Shown here in pieces: positions 31,721 through 43,300 of a stretch of DNA of 64,000 nt (positions are counted from its first letter, which is position 1; every line of letters starts with the position of its first letter). The DNA is taken from NCBI GenBank assembly GCA_001179505.1, contig CDMY01000224.1, forward strand, positions 62,001 to 126,000. Reading direction: 5' to 3'. Both the position numbers and the translations under genes were made by a program. Origin of the DNA: Vitrella brassicaformis CCMP3155 (taxonomy: Eukaryota; Protista; Chromerida). A model generated the notes under the pieces. The model was not told the origin of the DNA. It was given only the letters and a program-made list of their open reading frames with translations, and did not search any database.

Positions 31721-34669
31721 ATGGTGAGCGCTGACTTCGAGCGCAACCGTCTCGTCACATGGAAGAGCCTGACAGAGGACGACCATGGTAGGAAGGACCA
31801 GCTCACGGACGTGAAAGGAAGCCTTTCTGGGAGAGGGAGACCATTGGATTCTCTCCTTGGTGTCGTTCGTTGCAGCTCGCGTGGTCACGTCCGCGGTATT
31901 CTTCTGCACGGCCGTGTACCTGATCTACTCAATGGCAAGCGCATCATGTAGACAGGCGGCTGCACGAAGCCAAGGCCCCACCTCTGTGTGTCCTCCTCAC
32001 GTGGCTTGAGTGTGCAGGGCAACACGCACAAGCGCATGATCCGGCAGCCTGTGGAGTTGAGGCTGCAGTTCTGTCTCATCCTCAATGTCTACGTCTGCTG
32101 GTACGCACGCCCGACTGGTTTTCCTCAATCGCCTTATTCGCGAACTAGCCTAGCCTAGCCTGTAATGTGTGTATGCGTCGGTGTCTCTCTGCGTGTGTCC
32201 GTCGTGTCAGGACGTCCGCGCTATTCGCGTGGATTGCTATGGGAAACATGGATGACAGCACGTAAGGAAGGAAGGACTCCATCCAGTACGTATTATTGCC
32301 GTCTGTGACAAGACAGGTCATCTCATCAATGTGTGTGTGTGTGTGTGTGTCTGTGTGTTGTTACCTACCTGCAGGACCGGCGACGTGTCTAAGTACGTCG
32401 AATGGCTGTTGACGTGCCCCGTCATGCAGTACCAGATGGTCGTGTTGGCTGGGACCAAAGTCAACCCACGGCGCAAGTTCGAGGCCCCGATGGTGACGGC
32501 CTGCATGCTTCTCAGCGGCATGACGGCCAGCCTGATGGCCAACAGAATTGTCAAGATGGCCTTCTTCATGGTGGGTGTTGGGTTTTTGGTGTGGCTAATC
32601 ACAATCATCAACGGGCTGATCATGGAGCACACCGACGGCCGGGAGAGCCTGCTGCAGGGCCGCGGATACCACCGCATCGTCGTCTGCACCTTGGTCACCA
32701 GCTGGTTCCCCTTTCCGCTCTTCTGGTCGGTGAGACAGTCAGACACCCGGACCTGCACCACACCACCGGACACCACCATGCGCACTCACTGTGTCTCCTT
32801 GTCTCTCTGCCCGCCCGCCCGCCTGCCTGCCTGTCTGTCTGTCTGTCTGTCTGTCTCTCATTCAGGCTGGTGTCTGCTGATGGGTTTGCTCTCGCGAGAG
32901 GGGGCCGCATCAGACTTGCACTGACCATCCTTAACGCCTCAGCCAAGATAGGATTTATCCTGTAGGCACACGCGGGACGGCAGGTCCCGACTCATGCGGA
33001 TGGATGAGTGGACTGGCGAGATCTTCCCNNNNNNNNNNNNNNNNNNNNNNNNNNNNNNNNNNNNNNNNNNNNNNNNNNNNNNNNNNNNNNNNNNNNNNNN
33101 NNNNNNNNNNNNNNNNNNNNNNNNNNNNNNNNNNNNNNNNNNNNNNNNNNNNNNNNNNNNNNNNNNNNNNNNNNNNNNNNNNNNNNNNNNNNNNNNNNNN
33201 NNNNNNNNNNNNNNNNNNNNNNNNNNNNNNNNNNNNNNNNNNNNNNNNNNNNNNNNNNNNNNNNNNNNNNNNNNNNNNNNNNNNNNNNNNNNNNNNNNNN
33301 NNNNNNNNNNNNNNNNNNNNNNNNNNNNCCCCCCCTGTAATGTGGATTGGATGCCTGTAGGTTCCTAACAATGTGCCGCAAAAAGTGGATGCGCAAGTGA
33401 GCTGAGCTGAGCTGACTCCAACGAGCTTTTCCGTCCGCAACGCACCGCGACGTCTTTTTGTGCCTGTCTGTCATCTCATCAATCAGTGCGATAGCCAAGC
33501 GGAACCTGTCGCGGCAGCTGAGCAGGTCCAAATTCAACATCGACGTCGTCTCAGACCTGGACCAAGTAAGCGACGAGGGGAAGGGCAGCAACGCACCCCA
33601 CACCACACCACCACTGCTGCCACGTCTGTCTGTCTGTGTGCGTGTGCAGGGACTGATGGGTGCGATCGAGGAGTTCGTCGGCGCCAAGGAACACGACAAG
33701 GATGACGTAGGCAGACAGACATGCGCACATCCATCCATCCATCCATTCATTGTGTCGCGTCAATGGATGGCGTGTGTATGGTCGGTATGCATCACTGCAG
33801 ATAGAGCCGCCCATCCAGATGTTCATCGAGGACTGGAGCCTGGGAAACCGAAAGGAACTCAGCAATGCAATCTTTCACTTCATCAAAGCCAACCGGTCAG
33901 CCCCCCACTTACTGACTCACAAACACACACACGCACACACACACACACGCGTCCGCGCGCGCGCAGAGAGACACACGCAGAGAGACATTGCCTGCGGCTG
34001 GCCGCCTCCCCTCCCTGCAGGTCCAAAGTCGACATGTCTCAGTCCCACAAGGCCTTCCGTGGCGACGACGACCTTGACGATGGCGACGGCTACAGCGAGG
34101 CCCTCGCCAACGAGGGAGTGGACGACCCACCGGCTTCCCATCATTCTCAGTCCCACCCCCACAACCCCCCCAAGCATGGCCCCACCGCCAGCACAAGCCT
34201 GCAGCACTCACAGTCGGGCCACTTGGACACCAAACAGACGCAGGGGTCACATCCCAAGGTGAGCAGCGGGAGGCGGACCAAGAGAGCTGGATCACTGACA
34301 CGCTTCGATCTCAGTGGGACCACAAACATCAACACATCCAAAGGCAGCAGCAGCGGTGCTAGTGCCATCAAGCAGCAGCACCATCAACAGCAGAGGGGCC
34401 GCAGCAGCAGCAGTGCATCGCTTGGCGGGGGTGGGGGGCGGCTGCATAGGAGTGATAGCAACGTGTCTCACAACCATGCAAACGTCAATGACGAGAATGA
34501 CGACGATCGTGCGTTGCCTGTATTGCCGGCCAAGAAGGCATTGGGTGTTAGCTCTGGTGTAGTGGGTGGCGGGTTAGGAAGTGGGAAGGTAGCTATGGCG
34601 GTGGCCTCGCCTACTGGGTCGTACCATGCCGACCTCCTCCCGGTCATGCAGGGAGACCAAGACGACTGA
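31721..34669 (+). CDS. Divergent type-1 (microbial) rhodopsin, 7TM plus long cytoplasmic C-terminal extension
   Basis: Eleven phase-compatible exons: 31721-31787, 31876-31934, 32018-32100, 32211-32261, 32375-32725, 32866-32961, 33361-33396, 33487-33565, 33650-33706, 33801-33895, 34021-34669. TM3 KYVEWLLTCP, TM6 SWFPFPLFWLVSADGF, TM7 LNASAKIGF with the retinal Lys at 32945-32947. Confidence 0.9.
33029..33328. other. Assembly gap (300 N) inside a rhodopsin intron
   Basis: Run of N flanked by C tracts. Splice phases on both sides are compatible, but a hidden exon cannot be excluded. Confidence 0.99.
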
Positions 34670-37600
34670 CTGACCGACTGACTGACTGACTAGACGGAGG
34701 GAGCAATGGGGGGCTGGGTGGTGGGGTGGGTGTGTTCGTGTGTGTGTTGAGTAGTCAGTTGTTCACACTGCCTTGGCTTCCATAGTCGCTAGTTACCCGC
34801 GTGTGTGAGGTATCTGCTTCTCAAGTAGTTCTCAAGTAGACGGACATCACATATCACATCCGCGTGCATGGCGTTTATCAGCCATCGATTGTCTGTCTGT
34901 ATCGGCGTCTGGTCATCAAATGTTGGTTGTTTCGTCTAGTCTATTGGCTGGCTGCGCTGCAAAGCAGCCCACAGTGGCCGGCCGGAGCCGGCCTCTGGTG
35001 CGTGATTGCGTGATTGCGTCCTACCATCAGCAAGTACATTTGGTCCGTGTGTCTCTCTATCTTTCTATCCTCTCTTGTTCGTGTCCCGCCCCATTGCAAT
35101 GCATTGCAACCACACCACATGCCGTCCGCGTGTCGTGCCCACTGCCCCCCAGAAAGAAGAAACAAAACACTGACTGACTGACTGATGTATACGAAATCGG
35201 ACACGTGCCTGCTGACTGCTGACTTGACTGCAGTGTGTGTGTGTGAGTGAGTGTGAGTGGATGAATCGACTCCCCCATCCGTCCATTCCGATCTCCAATC
35301 CCGTGCACCGAAGGGCACCCAAGCAAGCTGAACGCACGCACGCACCTTTACTCCCACACGGCTGGCCGACTACTGATCGCCTGGACAATCAAACAGGCAG
35401 ACAGTGGCTGCCCGGCCGTGTGTTTGGGGGAGGGGGGCGGCCCAGCCCATGGCAGGGAGGCTGCTGAAAAACTCCTGTGAGTATCCTGTCTGCATGTACG
35501 TGTGAGTCTCGAGGAAGTCAGCACGGATTGACGAGCCGTTCATAACGAACGCAAACACATGTGTTCCTCCCTCCATTTGCCCCTTGAAAACGAACGAGTG
35601 GGCGGCCGAGGCTCGCCACTGCACACTCAGGCGGCCCATGGATCCCACCGACCCAGCCCAAGCCAAGCAGACACAACAAATCGCCACCACACGTACACGA
35701 CACACGAATCTTCACCGACCCAACAGGCAGACACGCACTCATGGACACACACAAACACACACACACACACAGAGGTCGGTCGGTCGGCTGCGCTGCATCA
35801 AACGTTTGAGAAAGGAAGCAGATGGATGGATGGATGGATGGGTCAAACCAAACCTGACTGACTCTACGCGGCTGTGCTGTGGATGGGGCAAAAAGTCTGA
35901 TCTGTCTGTCGACAGATCAGCTGCATTACTCAAATCACTCACACACACAACACACACTCACACGCAACGCAACACACATATATATAAATGTGAGTCATGC
36001 AGGCAGGCAGGCAGGCGTGTAGACCGTCCGCCCTTCCGCCGTGTGTCTGCCTCCTTTGTGTCAGTCGACAGGCAGTCACATCGCGGACGGACGGACGAAC
36101 AGACAGACAGACAGACTTCATTCACTCTTCCATTCACTACACACACACATAGTCACACACACATAGTCACCCAGTCCCTCCACGAAAAAGCCTGTGGATG
36201 GGACCGTCTGGAAAAAAAGCGGCGCCAGGGCACACCCAACAAACAGCACGAGCGCGTCGACTAGAGGGGAGGGGGTATCCACGCTGGGATGACAGACAGA
36301 CGGGAAGGAGGAACGAGAGAGGGGCTTGAGGATGCGATGCCACAATTCAACGAGAAGAATGGGTGTCCAGGCCAGCCAGGCACACACTGAATGAGATGAG
36401 AGGGACCTACAACAAGACTGGCTTACGTATACATGGCAAGTAGTGAGTCAGTGAGAGAGGAAGGGAAGAGCCAAGCCTTTCTCGAGATAGCGAGCGAGAG
36501 CATCAATCTCAAGACACATACAGCTCAAATCGTCCTTGTTACTTACCCACACCCGGCCCGGCGGCTTCACACACACTCACACATATGCAAGGAAACAAGA
36601 CACATGAACGAACACGTGAAGGAAGGATGACTACCTACCTGTCAGCCTGCGATCTGACCTGCACACCACACACACGCGAGCTGCCACCATGCACACACAC
36701 ATTCACACACACACGGACGGACAGACAGACGGACAGACAGTACCTACTTGTGACCATCAAGGCACGAATCAATGAATGGAGGGAGGAAGTGAGAGAGCAG
36801 TGCAGTGTTTACCTATTTGTTAGACCTACATACCATACTCCCCTGCGTGCCTGTCTGGTTGCTGCGCGTCGTCGACTTCAAATGTGTGACAACCGACACA
36901 CCGCACCGCACCGCAGACGTAGGACACATCACATGCACGCCCCGCTCCTGTCTGTGCGGAATGCGACTGACTGACTGCACCCACAGCCGACACAGAATAC
37001 CTACTTGGGGGCGGGGTGAGGGCAATCGATACAGGGACGGAAGCACACGCCGGCACACACACACACACACACACAGAAAGAGAGAGAGAGAGAGAGAGAA
37101 AGGTCGCTCACGCAGGAGCGCCCCTGCGTGTGTGGCGATTAGGCACCCACCCTCATCAGCAGACAGGCGTAGACACATGAATCAGTAGGCACACACACAC
37201 ATACACACACATACACACACATACACCCAAACAAACATCACGGTTTAGATAGCACAGCGCACGGACACATAATGACGCACACAGAAGGAAGAAGTGCACG
37301 GCGCACTTGTGTGTATGGGTGCATGAGGTGGATGTGTGCTGCAAGCCTTACTGACTGAGCGGACCAACAGCAACAAGAGGGGATGAGATAAGGGGCCTGC
37401 TGTGTGTGCGATAGATAGTTGCGTCTTCACCCTTCACATACGAGGCAGGCAATGCAGGCAGGCAGGCAGGCAGGGCGGATCAGCCGGTCTCTCAGCTGAA
37501 ATGGCCCTGCTATCTATCTGGACAGACGAGATACATGGCCCAATCACATCATACCCCACCACACCACACGTCACACCACGCACAGACAGGCAGACGGACA

Positions 37601-38404
37601 TGAAGGTCCCCATCCCCCATCGCGTCTCTATCTCCTTCTCTCTTGCCCCATTAAGCATGGCCAAAGCTCCCGAGCCCCGGCATTTACTCACACACTCATT
37701 CACTCGGCAGTCAGTGTGCGTCTCCCGTCCCCCCAACCGCCACACACTCACGCCACGGTTGCTCGCTTCAGACCTGTATGTGTGGCGTAGTACACACGCA
37801 CGCCGACCCACGTCAGACATCAGAGGGAGGGACGCACGGAGCAGCCAGCACCAATTAGCAGATAGAGAGGCAGATGGACAGATAGCCACGTACACATCAC
37901 ACACGCACACACAGGCGTGGCGTGAGTAAACAGGGGTGGGTCGTCAAGGGCGCCCGTCGTCGTGCCCACCAGTGTCATGGACCCGTATCATCCGCGGCTC
38001 AGGCAGACAGACAGACAGGCAGGCAGACATTGCCTCCTTCTCCCTCTCCCCTCCCCCTCCCCTCTCTCTCTCTTACACACAGGCAGTCAGTCATCCGCAA
38101 GCCACACGTCTCTTCTCGCTGCCTCTGGCACTCACACAACACGCCCACACATCCATCCATCTACACCCACACCCACACACAAGACGACACGACACAAGGC
38201 CGCATTGACGTGTGTGTGTGTGTGTGGATGTTTGTATGGGTGACCGGGACACACATGAGAGGCCTGGACTCTTGAAGGGAGGGAGGGAGGGAGGGAGGAC
38301 GAGCATACATCAAAGGCCCCAAACACACACACACAGACTTGCCCCCTCGGCCTCCCCTCCCAGCCCCCAGGCCCTCCCTCCCCACATTCACCCCCGCACC
38401 TCAC

Positions 38405-40177
38405 CTATCTGTGAATGTGGGTGAGAGAGGGAGTGCGTGTGCGTGTGCGTGTGCGTGTGCGTGTGTGTCTGCCACTGCCCCGCTCCCCATCCCTCTCGAC
38501 GGTCGCCACATACGGCAGGCCCCGACGACGCAGCAACAGAAACGGCACCGACACCACCTCCTTAGCGCCACCACCAACAGCAGCGGCAGCAGCAGCGGCA
38601 CAAGCACACCCACCCTCCTCAAGATCGTCATCGCTCAACTCGAGTTGGTGGAGGGATGACGAACTGGCGGCCGTCGAGGGCGTGTCCATGGCGTGGAGGA
38701 GGATGCACTTGGGTGTGGGCGTGCTGCTGGCCGACGAGATCGGTGTGGGTGTGAGTGCCGTGGCTGTGGGTGTGTTGCTGGCGGAGGGAGTGGTGGTTGA
38801 CGAGTGGGGGGAGTGTGAGTGTGAGTGGCTGGGGCTTGGGGGGAGGGGCCCCGGTGGCGGTGGGGGTGGGGGCAGGAGGGAGGCTACGGGGATGCCGTGG
38901 TCACCTGTCACTGCTATCCTTGGCCTGACACACACACAACCAAACCACACAGCACACACATGACATGGTGTGGCCAGCCATAGCTACACACACGTAGAGA
39001 GAGAGACCTCCTTACTTACCGTGAGTCTGTGCGGACCCTGCGTTTGCACTTGTACTGTTTCTTGTGTGGGTGATGGAAGTGGCAGAAGCTGCACGAGGCG
39101 CCGTTCATGCAGCCCTTGGTCCAGTAGAACACGCACTGCTTGCAGCTACCCAGCAGATGATACGCGCTCCCTACAACCAAGTTTACCACATCGACGCATG
39201 GAACCAACACACTCACACACAAACATCCCTCCCATCCGCCCACACCACTCCCACCTGTCTGTGCCGTGCCAACGTAACGTACCAGGATTGATGGGTACGA
39301 TGTGGTCATAGTCGCCGTAGCTGATCTTGCCGAGGTCCCCCTCCACCTCCTCAAACCACAACACACGCATCCGGTGACGCGCACAGAAATCCAGACGCTC
39401 CTGCATCGACGCAGATGGGCTGGGTGAGGGGGAAGGGGAGGTGCCACCCGGCAGGTCTGCAGGGCTGTCGCCCTCGTCGTCGGTGTCGTCGCAGAGGAGG
39501 GCCTCGGTGGGGGTCCTCTGGGGTGTCTTGTGGGCGCTGATGGTGCCGCTCTTGTTCTTGTGCTTCTTGCGTCTGCGCTTCTTGGAGGAGGATGACTCGA
39601 CCGTCGAGGGGGTCTCGGGGTGGCAGCAATCTGCAGACATGGTATGGCATGGTGGATTGACAACAAAGGTTTGTGCCTGCCTGCCTGCCAGTCGTCTCTC
39701 TCTCTCTCACTGACCGCCGTTCTCTCCGTCCGTGTCATGGTGTTGCTTGAGCAGAGGCGGCAGCATCGCCTTGCCCTCCTGCTCCTGTCCCTGCCCTTCC
39801 CCCTCCCCCTCCCCGTGGTGGTCTGCCGCTTGCTGCTCCTGCTGCTGCTCCATGGCCCGGAACTCCCAGTACATGGCAGTGTCGTCACGGAGCCGCGCCA
39901 TGCCCTCCCTTCTCGCGACAGCCATGCACTCAGACGCGGCCACGCTGTGCATCAAGATGGTGGCATTGCGGGCGAAGGGGTCACAGTGGTGCAAGTGGTC
40001 CTGCTGGTGGTGGTGCGGGGCGTCTGTGATTGTGCGTGGCGAGAGTGAGAGGCATCTGCGTCTTGCGGATGCGGGGAGGGGGCTGCGGATGCTGATGAAG
40101 GTGTTGCGGACGCTGCCCTTGAGCCATGACGTCTGCCCATCCAACACAGACGACTCGGAGGGGGTGAGGAAATACAT
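38405..40177 (-). CDS. Alveolate-type C3H1 zinc-finger protein with N-terminal V[KR]NTFI motif
   Basis: GSVRNTFISI near the N-terminus, basic KKRRRKKHKNK, and GSAYHLLGSCKQCVFYWTKGCMNGASCSFCHFHH. About four exons. Confidence 0.75.
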
Positions 40178-40334
40178 GACGAGGGATAGCCGACAATGAC
40201 AATCGAAAGATCTATCTTCTGCCAGGGTGTGGGAGTCTGGATGCCCCAATCAGCGGTACCTGCCCCGTGGTTTTGACGCGGCCCTTCCCAGCTAAGCTCG
40301 CAGATCTGCGTCCCAGATCTGCCTTCATTTGGCC
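40178..40334. promoter_or_regulatory. Candidate bidirectional promoter with AGATCT x3
   Basis: AGATCT at 40208, 40302 and 40315 within a 157-bp gap between divergent ATGs, with GCTCGCAG abutting the second site. Confidence 0.55.
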
Positions 40335-43300
40335 ATGGACGACGACGTCACCATGGACGGCGAGGACGCCGGTCCATCACGGGCTCAAGGCGATAAGCGC
40401 AAGGCAGCAGCTGAGGCACCATCTGCAGCAGCAGCGCCGCAACAGCAGCAGCGGCATCCTCCTGCCAGCGCCAAGAAGAAGTCGTCAGCGGTGTCGCGTG
40501 CCGAGGGTGCCATTGACAGGAACCCCTACGACTGGAAGGCATGGGACACTCTGGTGGAGGAGGTGCCCTCACACGACCTCTTCGAACGCGTCCTTGAGGT
40601 CTTCCCAAACGCGGTCAGCCAGCCAGCCAGGCAGGCAGGCAGCCTTGATGGATGGCGGATTGTGAACGAACGAGCGAATGCACTCATCTCATCTCATCTG
40701 TGTGTATGTGATGTGGTGGGCTGACTTGACTGGCGTCCGTCGTGTCAGGTTCGTTATTGGCTCCGCTATGCGCGGTGGCTCTCCGGGCAGGTACCAGTGC
40801 CAGCAGCAGCAGGAGAAGCAGCGGCGCCTGAGGCCAAGAGGGCACGGGTGGATGAGCAGACCGACAACGGAGACAAAGAAGCTCATGCAGAGGCGACGGA
40901 TGGGCCGCGGAGAGAAGCCATCGGGCGTGTGCTCGACGTTTACAGCCGTGCGGTGGCCGTCTGTCCGTCTGCCGGTCACCACACCACACCACACCAAGTC
41001 ATGGACGGACGTGGAATCGGGTGGTGCATCTCACTCTCTCTCTCTCTGTGTCTGTGCAGAGCTGTGGCGCGCCTACATCGACTTCGTGTGCACCTGCCCG
41101 GCAGACACCTTTCCCACCACAGCCACAGAGCCCCCCAACGACCACCACCACCAGACGCAGCCGCAGCACCCGCAGCAGCCGGCCACCGCCGGCCCATCCC
41201 ATTATGGGTATTCCTTTTTGTTCGGTTTGCTGAACACCGCTGTGGATGAGGTGGGGGCCACGCCGCAGTCGTTCGACCTCTATGCCGCACTTCTCTCGCT
41301 GCTCGTCCGTATCTATAACTCAGCACTGCTGCAGGTACGTATGTCTGTCCGTCGGTCGCACACCAAGGATGGATAAGACAACAAACAAGGCAGGCAGGCA
41401 GGCAGGCACAACGCTGCATGCCGTGTTTCTCTTTCCTCGCTCTATGTATGTATGTGTTTCTTTCAGTCCGGGACGACAGAAGGGCTCCTCCTCGACCCAT
41501 TCGGACCGGTCAGCACACCACAGCACAGCACATCGCCTGACACACAATGTACGTTTCTCCTTCTCTCAGCTGTCGGTGGGCAAGTTCGGCCGTCCTCTGA
41601 GGTCGCGTGAGGACATAGCGGACCGGCTGTCGCGGGCTGCGAGGGAGTCAGAGAGCAAGGGCGGCGGCGAGGACCCCACGGGAGGGCTGCCCGAGGGGCT
41701 GCCGGCTAACGAGGTGGAGAGGGATGAGCTGGGAATGCTCAAGGCTGAGGCCTCCGTCAACGACATCAGACGACGGACACAAATGGTCGGACGGACGGAC
41801 GGACGATGGGTGGTTCCTGCCATCGGATGGAGCGGGATGGATGGTGCTCTTCTCACTCACTCGTGTGTGTGACCGTGTGTGCGACAGTGGTTGAGCACGC
41901 CGTGTGGGGCGTTGGACAAGGTGTGGGGCGCATACTGCCAGTTCGAGAAGAACCTCAACAAGCAGCTGGTGCGGACGGACGGCGGGAGAGGGAGAGGCGG
42001 GGAGGGACTCCGTAGGTGTGTGTGTGTATGTGTGTAAGCACGCTTGTTTGTGTTGGTTGTGTGTGTTCAGGCGAGTCGTCTGATAGCCGAGTGCGAGCCC
42101 GTCTACCAGGCAGCCGGTGCCATCACTAGGGTGAGACAGACAGACAGACAGACAGCAAAGAGAAGGTGCAGTCAGTCGGATAGAGACCAGACCGATGTCT
42201 GCGCATTTGTGTGGGTCATTCATCTTCATTTGTTGAACGATTGGTTCTCCACACAGGAGGTGCAGGGGCTGTACAGCAAGGTGGACATGCTGCGGCCGTC
42301 CGTACCGATCACAGCCGACAATGCCGCTAACCAGAAGGTCAGTCAACCGGACAACATACAAAGACCCCACACCCGCGTCGCGTGTGGGTGGAGTGGATCC
42401 CGTCCGTCCATTTTGTCCGTATTTACGTCTTATGTGTGTGCAGTCCCTGCGTGAGAGCTGGGAGGCCATCATTGCCTTCGAGAAGGACAACCCCATGCAG
42501 CTCGCCGTAAGTGCAGTGAGTCCACTTCACTTCCCACCGATCTGATCTGTCTGCCCGCTCACACCACACCAAGTCTGACTGACACTATTGACCGTACCCA
42601 TTTCTGTGTCTGTCTGTGTGTCAGGAGGCGTCTCTGGTTCAGCGTGTGATGACTACGCTGCAGAGTGCGGTGATGTGTGGGTGTGCGTACCACCCCGACA
42701 TCTGGCTCACCTTCCTCCACTTCCTCAACAAACACCAAATGCGCGACAAAGGTGGGTCGGTCGGGTCGATGGGAGGGAGGGAGGGAGGGCTGGGTGGATG
42801 ATGCACACAACACAACCGCCTGCACTGCACTTATCCTATCCAGCGATTGAGTGTCTGCGTCGCGGCATTGAGCTCTTCCTCCCACACGATGGTGACACAC
42901 ACACACACAGACACGCTTGCCCGTTGGATGGATGAATGGATGGATGCGTCCAACTTGCTTCATTCCTTCGGTGCTGTGCTCGGTCGTGCTGCACACACTG
43001 CAGAGCTGTTGCGTCTCGTCCTGGCCGACTCACTCGAAGAACAAGGCGACCTCGAGGTCAGCTCACTCAGCAAACCAGCCATCCCATCAACACCCACCCA
43101 ACTAACCCCTTGTGTTGTTTGTGTGTGCCTACCCCATCTATCCCCCAGGGCGCACTGCAAGCCTATGAGGGCCTGATGCAGAGCGTCCTGGTGCTGCACG
43201 ACGAGGACCCCAGTGCTGCCGCCATCGCAAGGTCACTCGCACCCGCCATGGCCCCAGCCACCGGCAGGCGGCCGATGGACAAGGGCGAGGAGGGGCCGGG

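Noticed and set aside
31721-31934. Extra TM0 helix (8-TM enzymerhodopsin)
   Set aside because: Only two hydrophobic helices precede the KYVEW helix, so the topology is 7-TM.
34920-38400. Many 60-220 aa ORFs in the convergent spacer, including 35370-35705 (-) and 35584-36264 (+)
   Set aside because: Mostly translated (AC)n, (AGAC)n and (ATCC)n microsatellites giving HT, TDRQ and CV repeats. No consistent exon chain was found, although a small gene near 35400-35700 cannot be fully excluded.
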